DNA of 63,383 bases, the filler included, from Octopus bimaculoides (taxonomy: Eukaryota), in NCBI RefSeq assembly GCF_001194135.2. It is 4 parts of 4 records of this genome, joined end to end, with 100 filler letters (N's around TTAATTAATTAA, not from the genome) between each part and the next. Parts side by side here need not be neighbours in the genome. Positions count along the whole stretch, not along the records: positions 59,322 to 63,383 come from NC_068999.1; 3 more parts are not named here. The stretch is one strand, 5' to 3'. The translations under genes and the position numbers were made by a program. Shown here piece after piece: positions 63,349 through 63,383 of the stretch (positions are counted from its first letter, which is position 1; the number at the start of each line of letters is the position of its first letter). The notes under the pieces were generated by a model. The model searched no databases. It saw only the letters and a program-made list of their open reading frames with translations, and was not told the origin of the DNA.

Positions 63349-63383
<35 letters not shown>

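Overview
This window is AT-rich, microsatellite-saturated animal genomic DNA. The SINE and repeat families look like those of Octopus; that assignment is an inference from recognised repeats, and no search was run. It is a draft assembly with many N gaps and three artificial 100-bp joins (N44-TTAATTAATTAA-N44) at about 19.9, 40.1 and 59.3 kb, so the window is at least four joined pieces. Almost all ORFs in the supplied track are microsatellite or gap artefacts. One convincing host gene lies on the minus strand. A signal-peptide exon (36918-36795) splices in frame to a 257-bp exon (24107-23851) encoding an unnamed Cys/Trp-rich extracellular module (EVGCADDTSEG...AACNGYWHGH...LCSPGWQVC...). Weaker downstream exon candidates sit at 18.9, 9.7 and 8.7 kb. 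The rest is mobile DNA: two tRNA-derived SINE families, CR1-like, RTE-like and R4/Dong-like LINE relics, an intact LINE ORF1-like frame with a CCCH finger, a full-length dead mariner, a FLYWCH/MULE relic, MITE-like hairpins, and Penelope-like RT and GIY-YIG fragments. The most striking non-coding signal is a set of small palindromic elements carrying minimal type-I hammerhead ribozyme cores. One family has two tRNA-like heads back to back and a hammerhead toward the outer end of each arm.
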